The position numbers were made by a program, and so were the translations under genes. The notes under the pieces were generated by a model, which was not told the DNA's origin, did no database searches, and worked only from the letters and a program-made list of their open reading frames with translations. Shown here in pieces: positions 11,826 through 24,922 of a DNA stretch of 64,000 nt; within the stretch, counting starts at the first letter, position 1; every line of letters begins with the position of its first letter. The DNA lies in the NCBI GenBank assembly GCA_030141605.1, contig JAQGDQ010000054.1:434001-498000 (forward strand), in the 5' to 3' direction. This stretch comes from Tubiluchus corallicola (taxonomy: Eukaryota > Animalia > Priapulida).

Positions 11826-14800
11826 GGCACTGATAACAAGGTTAGATCTGGAAAATAGTTTGTGGAAACCCTAGCTCTTATTATTATTATTAATTTGTTT
11901 TTTTTCTATTGCCACCCAAATATAGCTGTAAGAATAAACTTAATCTTTTTAGAGCTTAATCTTAATTCTTTTATTTAGAGTTGTTTGTTTATTCACATTG
12001 TTATTTACTACTGTTTGAAATATTCTGCTTATGATATCATTAATTATTGTAAATGATCATTTCTGACATCAAAAAATTAAAATAAGAAGAGAAAACACGC
12101 TATGATCATCTGGTTTCTCTTTAGAGCTCTAGTTACAACTGCTTTAATTGAATGTGATAAAAATGTATACATTTCAAGAAATGACTAAAACAAATAATAT
12201 GACATTGTGCATTACGTTATGGGCATTTATCTGTTTTATTGAACGTATTGTAAGTTAAGCTGTTTTTGACAAATTTCGAAAATGTAATTGAAACTTTCTA
12301 GATAATTATAAGAACTATTATGGTCAGACGGGTTTGGCCATTTTGTCAAGCAAGTCAGCACAGGAAAGAATGGTGATTGAGGTTTAAATAGTACAATGGT
12401 TCTTAGCGAGCTGCTTGCCTATACTGCAGCTGTCATTCTCTGAGTAGCGACTCGTTCGACTATAAGGGGGTTATTTTGTGCTATATCGTGGATAATGTGC
12501 TGAAAATGGAAAGTGAACTAGAAGTGTAAACGACTAGCTCTAAAGAACAGAATGGACTGACACGAAATAACATAATTATAGACGAGACAAACATAGCAAG
12601 GGTAGTAACCGACATCGACTTCCCATGATGATGCCCAGCTTGTTTTGTTCCTTTAAAAACTGTCAAATAAGAAATTATCCAGTAACGTTACTCGAATATC
12701 GATAAATTTGTAAACACATCAACAAACTTGGGTGAAATGGTCAGATATTAGATGATATTTCATTCATTGCTCCCAGTGTAGGAGCTGTACGACGCATGGT
12801 TTCTGTATGAAAGGAGTGTGCTAGAGGGTTTATTATCAATTTTCACAATAAACAATGAAACAAGACGAAGTAAATGTGTCATTTTTCCTAATCGCACATC
12901 TCAAGTAGTGTGCAACTCTGTAACAAAGTAACCCATCTTGGTCATGTTTTAGCTTCTAATCTTAATGATCACAATGATTACTAATTAAACGTAGTGATTT
13001 GGTATACTGTGTCTGCATGTCATTGTGTCTGCGTGTCACTCATGTCAGGTGCTAACTTTTCATACCTTAATATGGATCTAAAATTACTAATACATGCATC
13101 TAGAACATATTGCCACAAGTATTATGGTTCTCGTAATGTAGAAACTAGATGAAAAAATTAACACTTTCTTCTCCTCATGGAATAGATGAGTGCCGTTTTA
13201 TTTATTTATTTTTATTACATGACTTTTTTCATTAATTCACACGCTTTAAGGTAATTAAATAGTAATTAATTAATTGCCCGACTCCGACAGCTTAGGTTAG
13301 ATCGATAGGGCGATGATAATTGCCCACACGACCTCGAACCACGAAATACGCGTTGTGAAATAGATCTTTATCTCTCGAGTTATCAAGCTGGCTTTCGCAA
13401 TAAGCCTTTTCAATGTGAATACTCTAGGTTCGTGAAGCAGATAGCGTCTTTAACGAAAATGCACTTACAATTACTTTCAATTCAGCAATGTAATTCAACA
13501 AAGCAGTAACAGTGATGATAGCTTTTATTAAACAATTACCAAAACAGTTAACAAAGATTATGATTCGATAATTGTACAATTATTTAACTTATGCGCTTGT
13601 GGGCGCTTACAACTAGATGAGGTATATCGCAGATGATATACCGAACAATTTACAAATGCTTAACTGCTACGCTCAAAACTTCTTCTGCACAAAATGCAAG
13701 TTACAACAATTATGCTGATCCGTTATCTAAAACTAAGATAATCGTAAGATTACTTAACTTGCGGCCTGGCCAATCTAACAACTGTAATTGGCCAGATCCA
13801 GATTCCTAGTAGAGACTCTAAGCACCAGAGGTTTGATAGACAAACGATGTAAAATTCTTATCCACACTGAGCTATAGAAATATCTCTTCTCCAAGAACGT
13901 CGCTCCGATAGACCTCGCAGCTCTCTCAGCTCCTTGCGTTCAGCAACCCAATCGTCAACAACCTCCCAAATTCTCTCTGCACTCTCTTTTGAATCGAAGG
14001 TCACTTGACATGACATTTGTCAGTGATACGTTAAGAGCTACATGGCTGATCATTCAAGATGGTACCCATTGATTCAGAGAGGACAGCTACTTATTGTATT
14101 TGCTCTGATGGCATATAGCCTCCGTCTCTGGGCTAATTATTAACAGAACGGCGACAATCGTCCACCACTAGTTTGGCTTATAACAATACCTCTTTTGACC
14201 ACCTGCTATTCGAATTCGAGAGTTAGCGCTCTGTCGTACCAGTGTCCATCTGGCTAATGTGGGCTACTTATTCTTCCTGCTTTTCAGAGTTCATTTGTCG
14301 TTACATGTCTACTGAATTCATTTAATATATCAAATCTTTTTGATCTACCAACCTCTGATCCTTTATGCATTAAATTCAAGGTACAAGCTGAGTGAGTCAT
14401 TATGGTTGAACGGTATAATCTTCGTTCAAGATCTAATCTGTTATAATTAATCTAATTCCAAACACTTTATTAATTAATTTCTTATTTTAAAATGAATTCA
14501 TAACATGAGTCAGTAGCTCAAACTGTAAAAAATGTGACGGAATTGTTACAAATAAATCCTTAACTAATTATAAAAGATAGCTGGTGACTATAAATGTTAG
14601 TACTTTTAATGCCCATAGCTAGTTAGGTTTGTAATTGAATTTCAGTTTTACGATACGTAAATTCTATCTTTTCTATTTCCTTTCTTAAAATTACCTTTTG
14701 CAGAATTTTTTAGTCATTTAGTTTAACGCTATTGCGTACAACAATAGAAATACTGTTGGGTTAAACGTGTATATAATTTATATATACACTAAAGATTATG

Positions 14801-14826
14801 TATACATTATATTTATTTATATATTT

Positions 14827-14863
14827 ACACACACACACACACACGCGCGCGCACACGCACACG

Positions 14864-14898
<35 letters not shown>

Positions 14899-14910
14899 CC
14901 ACGCCCACAC
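14827..14910. repeat. Compound (CA)n/(CG)n/(CACG)n microsatellite
   Basis: Direct reading; explains the spurious HT-rich ORFs at 14767-15160. Confidence 0.95.
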
Positions 14911-16599
14911 ATGTTACGTACTTTGTTTGTATACCATTCTGTTGCCTACTTTCACTAGCCATTTATATAAATGTACTAGTGTTGCTACCTGTAGTTTAAT
15001 TTCTTTATTATTATTATATTATTATTATTTGGCAGATATCTTTAATTTAATTTTATTTGGGTATTTTCCTATGACACTAATTCTGAATTTAGTTTTGCTT
15101 TCGTATTGCTTTAAACGCAAAACATTAAGGCTTTCACGGCCTAAGGCTATCAATAAATAAAAGACCTAAATGCGAGTTGCTGTTCGTCATTGAGGCAACC
15201 TCTGACAGAAAGTCCAAAATGTTTGACAACGAGAAGTATGTTGCAAATACCTAATTGTCCTATATTACTCATACAAGTTTTGAATTCTTTGGTCTAAATT
15301 ACCTCTCTATTCAAGCAAGCCATGTATGCAAGACTACCTGCGTCCAAATGGTTTGTGACGAAGTATCCTGTGTCCAAACCGTGAAAATTTGCTTTTAGTA
15401 TATTCAATCCTTCAAGTCCTTATTGGCAATGCAGAAGAAATTATTTGTCTTTGGCACGTTCAGTTTAAATAAGTTTGTTATTCTGTTCATCAAATAGCAT
15501 TGTCTTTGTCATCGGTCTCAGGACTCCCGGACCAGGAATGGGGTTATCTAAATTTAATTAAGGCTATAGTCTTATTAGCCTAATGGTTAATCCGCCCTTG
15601 TCGAACAGCATGTGTAGAACCCTTTGGTTTTTCCTCCTCCACGTTTCTTCTCCTTCTCCAAGTGATACCTTCACTGGCCATGCAGGTATCAATACCTAAA
15701 CCGACTACCTATCTCCTAATGATTAAAATGCAGGTAAAAAAGATTCAGACTCTGCCAAGCGTTGAACCACAATCGCGTTTCACCTATACATGTGCTAAAA
15801 ATCACGCAAAGTGAATATCACGCTCCACTTTCCGCTATTGATTGTCAGTACGCATGTCCGGCTTCTTTCTGTATTTTACATGCAGCCGTAGTGAACATTA
15901 AAGTTGCCTTATCGTCCTTCAATAATCTAGCTGAATTTAGTAAATTTATGCCAAAATTTGAAAGTAGGCGGGACTGTGTACGACGCTAGCGTCACTGACA
16001 AAGCGATTACGTTATTTGTAGTAAACCTCTTTAATTTCTATAACTCTAGTATTATCACGTAAAATTGATAAAACTGTAGCTTGAACTTCGTTAAATCTCG
16101 TTTGATCGGCGCTAACACATTACCACGAGAAATCACTGACCTACAATTTAGCTTTGTTTTTCGTGTCCTCATTCTTTGCACAATTAAATCGCAGTTGCTT
16201 TGCAGAAACCCACCCACTCCCTTTGCCCTATGACTTACTTTGCGTTCCTAGTCCCTATGCAGGTGCGTTTAAAAGGTCGCTTAAGTGGCTTCTCGATTCA
16301 ACAAGTGCAAACCTCCCTTTTGAACCGCGAGCCAGTGATTTCCCAGCGCAACGTTTTATTAATACAGTTATATCACAATGAAAAATAAATTCCTTTGCGT
16401 TTCACGCTGCCATGGGAAACCACTGAAACAATGATGAGAGCAATGATGAAGCCGAATATCACAACAAAGAAGCGAGCAAGAAACGGACAAGCAACAGCAA
16501 CAATTAAATGAAATAACAAGCAAACAGATACAAACATAAATACAACAATACTAACCTCTATAACTTTTCGGGTAGGTTTCGTAGATGTCTTCGAAAAAC

Positions 16600-16940
16600 T
16601 ATTTTCATAGTACCAAATTTCCCTACCCTACTACTATCAAACTTTTTTGCATCGAATTTTCCTACTACGGAATTTTTCCAGTACTAAACCTTCCTAGCTC
16701 TATACCTGCTCCATACTATTTTTACCTTGTACTAGATTTATTTCTTCGAGAAATGTTTCACAAAACTTTTCCAGTACTGTATTTACCAGTGCGTATACCA
16801 CATTTTCCCTGTACCCAAGCTTCCCAGTGCTAAAATTTCCCTGTACTAAAAAATTCCAGTACGCAAATTTTCCGGGTACCAAATTCGAACCAAAATTAAC
16901 TGGACTAAATTTATCTGTACCAAACTTTTAAGTACAGCCT
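16600..16940. repeat. Degenerate array of about 15-bp units (AAATTTTCCCTGTAC-like), probably part of a non-autonomous DNA element
   Basis: Repeated TTTTCC(C/A)(T/A)GTAC units; related arrays at 23848-23960 and 32165-32335. Confidence 0.65.
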
Positions 16941-18757
16941 GCACACTGAAATGACTTGCTCTCAGTTCAAAAGGGAAACTTGCATTTTTCTGTCTGCAAG
17001 TATGAGAGTAATAGTGTAAAACCAGAGCTGGAAATCTGGAAATAGTGTAAATAAAAGCATCTTCACAGTTCATTATATCTTCAAGATTTTTGTACACTTT
17101 GGAACAGAGGAGCGCCTAAACTAATCATTTGTCAGTTGCAGCGTAATTCGAAAGTTGTTGGTCAGCAGTGGTGCATTACAAGCTTCACTGCCAACGTAAT
17201 ATTCACGAGAAAAAGATGATTATGGTTAGACAACAGTATAATGATTTTGTTGGTTATATTTTTGGGTCTAGCCATGTATATGACCCACACTTCTCACGAG
17301 TCTCGTACACGAACTTGTACAAAGTACAAATACACGCGCTGCGAGTACGTTCCGGGTGTTCACGTGTCCGTCACGTGTTTGTACAAATCGATATAAACGT
17401 TGAACATGTAGCCACTCCAACAAGAAATGTTTTAGGCTGAGGGACCGTTTCACAATTGATTTGAGATCAGACGCATGCGCATAATAAGAAACGCGAAAAT
17501 TGAAGACATTTGGTTGAACGTTATTGAGAAGAAAATTTAATTAAAAATAATTCCTTTTATTGAAATTTTCATTTTATTATAGAAATTTTTATACAGAATA
17601 CAGAAGTAAAGGCCCATTTAAAAATATTTTATTAACATTCTGTTACCCACATCCTACTGTGACACCGTGCAAGCATACTTCTCCGTTTTACATAGAATTT
17701 AGCTGCTAATTTTAAATAAAACAATAAAAATTTATACTTTACATGCATGCATTATAAATAGTTTTAAAAGCTATTATTTTCATAATGAATGTGATTGTTA
17801 GTACATAGAAAGCTTTAGATAACTATGAATGAAACACGTATGCAGAGTTTATTTACTATAAAAATTGTACTTATTAAAAAATATATATGGTACTTGTTAG
17901 CACCATAAAAATCACACTTCTTTTAAATAAAATTAATGTTGTTAATTTGGTTTACTTAAAATGTTACCTACAAAATAGATAATTTTATATACGGAATTTA
18001 ACTTTATTATCTTATAATCTTATAATCATAGTTTATAAATACAATTACAGTCATAGTTTTGAACTGGTTCCCATATTAGACCAAAAATGTATTGCACATA
18101 ACAAAGAAAATTTACTAAAATTTAAAAATAAAAGCTCTGTCGAGTCATATTGATTACTGAATTTACTCCATGAGATATAGGATATGTGTAGATGGAAGCC
18201 ACGCAGTTTTGTGCTTTACTAACCATAAAACTAACACTAGTCCTTACCCTAACCCTAATCCTAATTCGCTTCACGAACTAATTTCTTGTGTGTGGGGAAT
18301 TATAAATTATAACCTTGAACGATTATATTTGATTGGTACCGGGCATTCGGTAAACCATGTCGTCGAGTGCTGGATTTCGAATTACCGTTTTTGCTGAACT
18401 ATTATAAAAAACCGTGGGCAGCTATTTATAAAAAAACAGTGGGCAGCTACGTGCGCGTTTAATATTAATTAGTAATAACGAATCCTACCGATGCCGATAT
18501 ACACGTGCATTACAGAGCACATTATCAATGCTTATTTACCGAATACTATCAGTGCGCTGCTACAACGTTAAAAAATTTGATTTTACCTAAATCTAACTAT
18601 TTTTTTATTTTAGTTTTTTTGTGTTGAAACGCTATGATAGATGCTACAAATTCAAAACAAAGAGGAATATACATTATCATCATTTAAAACAGTTAAAGAG
18701 CAACTATCTTTCAGAACGTGGCAGTATTCCATTCGAATGCAGCCTTTCAAATCTAGT

Positions 18758-18910
18758 AGAGCTGCAGCTACACTAGCAAGCTGGGCAGAAACCAGCATAA
18801 ACAGAAGCTGCGATTATTGCATATTGAGTGTTAACATAAACAATTTTGATTTTGCACAGCTGCAAGCTAGCTGTCACGCACACACTGCAGCTGTGGTGTA
18901 GCGCAGCTGC
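18758..18910. mobile_element. Short MITE-like element with inverted ends
   Basis: GCTGCAGCTACAC at the left end is inverted relative to GTGTAGCGCAGC at the right end. Confidence 0.4.
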
Positions 18911-20243
18911 ATTTGTCATGTGATTATCACGTGATATCTAATTTATCTGCTTTAGTGCGCGATGGTTCGAAGTGCTTAGCACTTACAGTACTTTGGTAGC
19001 ACTTTGCTGGTTTGATCTCTTCTGGTGTCAAGAGCCGACTTGAATGGTTTTTAGGTAGGTGCAGTTCAGATCATAAATTGATGATAGGGACTGTAACAGA
19101 AGCGAATTTGTCCGTGTCTCGTTCGTTTCAGTCAGTCTCAGTATGTAATAATATGGTCTCATGTCATGAGTTTTCGAAATGGCTGCCTATAATAACTGTT
19201 TCGTACAAGTAACGGCGATTGTATGATGGACTAATTTCTTCAAGCTAGATAATTATGATACTTATGGTATATGCACACCGAATACATAATTATTAACGAA
19301 ACTTATGCCAAGTACAATTTTTTGTAGTATAAGCATCAGAGTTATTCTGTTCTGGCATGTTGCATGTTATTGTTCTTGTCTGCGAAACAAAAATAACGCA
19401 CACGTTATTAACTGTCGCTCACTGACTTTTCAACTTTGATATATAGCGATTTTACGTTTGTTGCTCACACTACTAGCATAACGCGTTATATCGTACCAGT
19501 GTTAGGCTATATATGAAATGGCAGTAGTTTGTTTACGATAACTTTAAATATAGCTTTTACAGTCGTGAAAGTGCTACTTGCATTGACCTGATTTAACTTT
19601 GCACTTTCCCAGCACATGCCAATCGATTCAGCTGTCCCACAATGTTGACTTCTATACGGTGTTAGCTGGTTTGCTGACCTCTTCATGACCTTGTTGGGCC
19701 CAATCTTTATAGCAAGTAATTTCACACTGTAAATAATGTTTAGAAAACCAAAACTAGAACGTGGTGAATAGTGAAAAGTAGACAATAGAGATCTACGTCA
19801 CCTTACAAATGGCAAGATGGAGTTCCTTTATTTCGCAATAATTGGTGGTAGTTTTTTTATAGCACACTTTACTCTTTAGTCTTTACTGATGCAGCAAAAT
19901 TCGAGGTTATTGCCGGCACATTTTGAAGGCAGCTAGAAGTAGTGATTTTATTTGTTTCTATGATCTATGATCAACTAAATACCTTCAACACTATTAAAGT
20001 GTTAATACAACTTAAACGAAATCCATCCTGCTTGTGTATGGACTTATTTTAAACAGCATAAAAATTATTTTGATTGGTAAATCTTGATCTCAACATTGAA
20101 AAAAATTGAAATAATTTTCAAACTGTTAGGGCAGTGACCAAATTGTGTAATCTAGTGCTCCAGCTTGGATATTGATTTAATGAAGAGTTTATGACACAGG
20201 GTCATTCAAATTGGTGAAAGTGACCCACACAGGAATGGACCAC

Positions 20244-20587
20244 ATATTCCTATGTGAGAGATACGGCGAAATTATAGGTTAAAGGTAGACGACCCCAGAA
20301 AGTGATTATCCAAAATAACGTAAAATTAAAGCAGTACTGTGATTATAACAGAATCCCAGGCTCAGGATCATTCATCTGAAAATGTAATCTCATTGGTCCT
20401 GTGTGAGAGATATTCCTATGTGAGAGGTATTCCTATGTGAGAGATACGGCGAAATTATAGGTTAAAGGTAGACGACCCCAGAAAGTGATTATCCAAAATA
20501 ACGTAAAATTAAAGCAGTACTGTGATTATAACAGAATCCCAGGCTCAGGATCATTCATCTGAAAATGTAATCTCATTGGTCCTGTGT
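20244..20587. repeat. Near-perfect tandem duplication of about 160 bp, with an extra TATTCCTATGTGAGAG unit at the junction
   Basis: 20245-20405 is repeated at 20428-20587. Confidence 0.92.
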
Positions 20588-21870
20588 ATAGAAGGGTGTG
20601 AAATATTCTAAAAAGTAAGGAGAGAAGTGACAAAGACCCAAGCTATGCTGAAGTTCAAAAATCATTTTGAGTCAATTTCCCAAATATGCATATAAAAAAC
20701 AAGGATGTTCTGCACAGTAAATTTTAAATTCACCTTAAACAGTTCTGGAGTAATCGCAAAACTATTCAAACTTAAAGATTTTAAAAACTTCATTTTGCAC
20801 CAATCCACAGGGCATGTAGAAGCCATGCACGGACCCAACAGGTGGAATGCTGGTATTACAATCTAACACCAGCTGCCCTGTCCGTCCTATTATGTCTTGA
20901 CTGCGTACATCTTTAGTACATCCATGTTTTCAATATTGAGAAATGTTTAGATGTAACCATAGGGCATAAAGATTGTACAATCTGTTGACTGCTTTCTTTT
21001 AAAGACATACGTACGTACAGACGTCTGTAGTACCTTGTGTACAAATAAAACTTGGGTAAAGTAGGTTAGAACATATAAAAGCCATGCAAGTGTTACTATG
21101 TAACGGTAGTAGTATATAATTAGCTTATAGCATAATTATATAACTAGTATAATTAGTATTGTGAACGAAATTCAATGGATAAAATCAGTGAACGTTAAAA
21201 ACTGCAAGCCGACAGCAAGACTCAACAGTAACGAACCGGCACGCCGCTGCTAACCCAATGACTTTAACTAGTAGAGCTCATTTTGAACTGTTGCTTAGCG
21301 GCAGGATACCAGGTCATGTGACTGATACGTCACAATGATTGTGTAGTCTACAGTAAGTAATACTGGTGGCGGTATTGGTTTGTGGAACTACCTCTAGCGC
21401 CACAGACTGACGGTGTAATACGGCAGTATATGAATACTAGTTAGTAAATAGAGCAACTTTAAACTAATTTCTGGTGACGCGTTTATCTGATATTTCGAAT
21501 GAGGACGCCGGAATTTTGGTCCACTCGCAATTTTAGAAAGTGCCCACTGCCAGAACGTTTCCTATTGTAAGGTATGGCGACTATTATATTGTTACGACAC
21601 GCGAACAAAGTAAATCTCGGCATTCATTGTTTTTTGATTGCATTCTAATTTCATTGATGGCAATAACATAATTTTATTAAATGTAGAGCTTTCAAATTGT
21701 TAATAATATTATAGCAAGAACAACATCAATTTGTTAAATATCTCACAATGACAACCAAAATAAAAATGAAAATTTTCGTCAGTTGTTATCGGACATTTGA
21801 CACCATATTAAATGCCTTTGATTTAATATCTTGTGTGCTAGACCTAATGTTATTCTTCAGGATGACTGAT

Positions 21871-21983
21871 AATAAAGTCACAGGAAAAAAGTCAATTTTA
21901 GCCTGGAAGAAAGTGACAAGAAAAAAATCGATTAGTTGTAGTTACAGTTAAGGTTAGCGACTTTTTTACCTGTGACTTTTATA
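21871..21983. mobile_element. Small inverted-repeat MITE
   Basis: AAAGTCACAGGAAAAAAGTC is inverted relative to GACTTTTTTACCTGTGACTTT; central TTAAGGTTAG. Confidence 0.6.
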
Positions 21984-23847
21984 TGACTTCGTTATTCCTA
22001 CAGTTAAACTTTATAGTTTGCAAAAATAAGACCTCAGACATCGTTGTCGGAGGACACTGGAATTTGGCTAGATAATGTCAGTGGAACTGCATCATTAAAA
22101 TAGCATTTCGAATTCAAAGGATGTCATTAGCGTTTTTTCAGTGTAATTGAGTACAGCATTCTAAATCGAACAAGCAAAATTGAAAACCGCCCCCAGTGAG
22201 GTTACTGGCCCCTTTATGCTGTTTTTTTGCAATTGACAAAAAAAGTTTAAAATTTTTTCTCTGAATAATTGTTGGTGGAGTTTGTCTTGCACTTTTCGCT
22301 CTCTCATGTCGGACTGAACGCCGTAATTATTATAGCTCCTACTTTAAAGTTCGCTCGTTTTTTTGCGAGCCAAGACATGGCCAATTTTTATTTTAAATTT
22401 ACCAGTAATTAGAATTCTGCGTATTTTAAAGTGTAATATTGCGTTACATACATAAATTGTATTGTATTATTGTAAATATTACAATAATAGAGGCTTTATT
22501 TTACAAAACATGAACACAAATTTAACAAACCACACACTAAAATAAACAACGCATACAGGAACACGTCAAATGTTATATTATGGACCATGTTGACATCAAA
22601 CTAATCAAAACGTCGAGTTACAAAAGGGGTTCCTAATGATGATGAGTATGATGATAGCGATGATAATACGCAACGGACACATGTACGCGGCTTTCTGATT
22701 TGCGTGATAACGTTGTTATGCGTTGCAGGAAAGTAAAAGAAGAAATGCTGTACGGGTATGTACATAAAATCATGCAACCTATGAATTGTGCTTTGTATGT
22801 AATTCAGATTTACATACTTCTGGTTCTTGGTAGGGAAAGACTATTGCGTCACTTAATATTTATGTCGCGTTTGGGTACATTGTCTAATTCTAACAATGGT
22901 TAATCTGATATTGTTGTGCGTTAGCTTTGATTACCATTCAAAACCGCACACGTGACTGCGAGAAACGATCGATACGCAAACGGTGTTCCGTGACGACTGG
23001 TTTAGCTTGGTTGTTGGTACTGGTTAGCGTCATAGGGAGGGAGCATATCCTCGGCAAAATTTTAGTAAGCGCAGTGTGCGCATGTCTGTATACCCGCAGA
23101 GGCACCATTCGTGCATGTATAAGATTGAAAGCGGGGGACCGTATAAATTATTATTTTTTAATTAGTACCGTTCCTAACAGCTCGCCCTAGTATTATTAAC
23201 TTAGTCAGAGTAGTATCAATCAGCAAAGCCTGTTTTTATCTACAATGGTATGGGTCAGTTATAATTGAATTTTTATATTGGTGCATATGTAAAAGGGGTA
23301 CGCAAGCACGTTGACAGTTGCGTTCTTGTAATAGTAAACGTGAACAGCATTTATTTGCGGTACTTTATGTCATGTTAAATACGGCTTCAGAGACCTAATT
23401 GAACACTATGTATTTATTAATCTTAAATCCATAAATTTACTCAGTTCCTTCACTTGAGGAATAAATTAGGTAACTAGGGCAAGGTGTTTAAAGGTGATAC
23501 ATGTGCAAGGTCATTATGCACTGTATAAAATATATATATAACGATCAGGTGCTGAGAATTAAGTGCGGGCCTAATTACAAAATTATTAGTGGGGCCCTTT
23601 ACCCCACTAATACCGCAGTACACTATAAACACTTTGGACATATTTAACATATAACACGACTTTACAAGCTTTATGTTATATCTCGCCAACACTGCTCTTT
23701 TTTTGTTGAAGGTTTGAATATCATCAACAAATTTGTAAAATTAAAAGCCAATGATGAACTAACTAACGCATGTAGGGCTTTATTTTTTTTAAAAAGGAAA
23801 TGGCGTTGATAAGCTGAAATTACAAAACAAGTAAACGAACGATCAGC

Positions 23848-23960
23848 AAAAATGGTACAGGAAAAATGGCATAGTACAAAGGGCACAGGAAGAAATAGCA
23901 CACTTGGAAAAGTAGGTAAAAGTGGCACAGGTAAAAATGGCACTAGGGTCACAAAACTCA
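23848..23960 (+). repeat. Array of about 15-bp AAAAATGGCACAGG-like units
   Basis: Repeated units; reverse-complement counterpart at 32200-32335. Confidence 0.7.
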
Positions 23961-24656
23961 CAGATAGGGGGAACGACAGTCCCAGGTCAAGATGAAAGAA
24001 TGGTCTTTTCTTTTCTCATAAAAAATGTACAAGATATCTCCCTATTGTTTCTGATAAATGCCAAACAGATGTCAAGAACATAAGTAGCTGTATGTTATTT
24101 TCAACTGCTTTATTTATTTAATACAAATTACAAAACAGCTTTCATTTACTGTTATGAAAGCAGAAAATCACCACTGTTTGTGCGATAATCAAAGAGTAAT
24201 TTATTCCATGATTGGGTGTATCCCAAAAAAATGGTTTTAATTCTTAATTATCTCTGATTCTAACAATTATTTCAATATACCGTTAGCATTACAACAAAAG
24301 TCCTCACTTTATATTGTGGTTTGACTAAGGAAAGTTGAAATGTTTGGCACTATTTGCTCAATTTAAACTATATTTGGCATGATTATGGACCAAGTAGGAA
24401 AGTATAAAATAAGAAACAAGCAAAGAATTTTTGAATTTTAACCAGAATTGAATGTGGTGAACTTGTAGCAGCCCTATAAAAGTGCTTGTGATGGGATGTT
24501 GATTTAATAAAAAAAATATTCCTTGGGGACTTCCCACATAAAACCATATATGTAAAATAATTGCTACACCAGGAGCTCAAGCTGAACTATGTAAAACAAT
24601 GACTTGAGTGACATTTGTGACTCTGCTGCGTCGTCAGTCATCATGAAGTCACCTTC

Positions 24657-24922
24657 CAAAATACGAGTTCAGATTATTATTGATGATGGATTAAACCCAC
24701 AATTAATTAAACTTTGATACAAGTTTGATATCAAAATTCAATATATTGTTGGTTTGTTCCGTCATTCAGTGGTATAGTGTTGTAGGCTTGCAAAATACGC
24801 GTTCAGATTATTATTGATGATGGATTAAACCCACAATTAAATTTTGGTACAAGTTTGGTATCAAAATTCAATCAATTGTTGGTTTGTTCCGTCATTCAGT
24901 GGTATAGTGTTGTAGGCTTGCA
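24657..24922. repeat. Tandem duplication of about 134 bp
   Basis: CAAAATACG(A/C)GTTCAGATTATTATTGATGATGG...GTAGGCTTG occurs twice. Confidence 0.9.

Noticed and set aside
14767-15160. HT-repeat ORFs
   Set aside because: Translations of a (CA)n microsatellite.
18240-18270. Interstitial telomere
   Set aside because: Only 2-3 degenerate TAACCC units, typical of repeat-element interiors.
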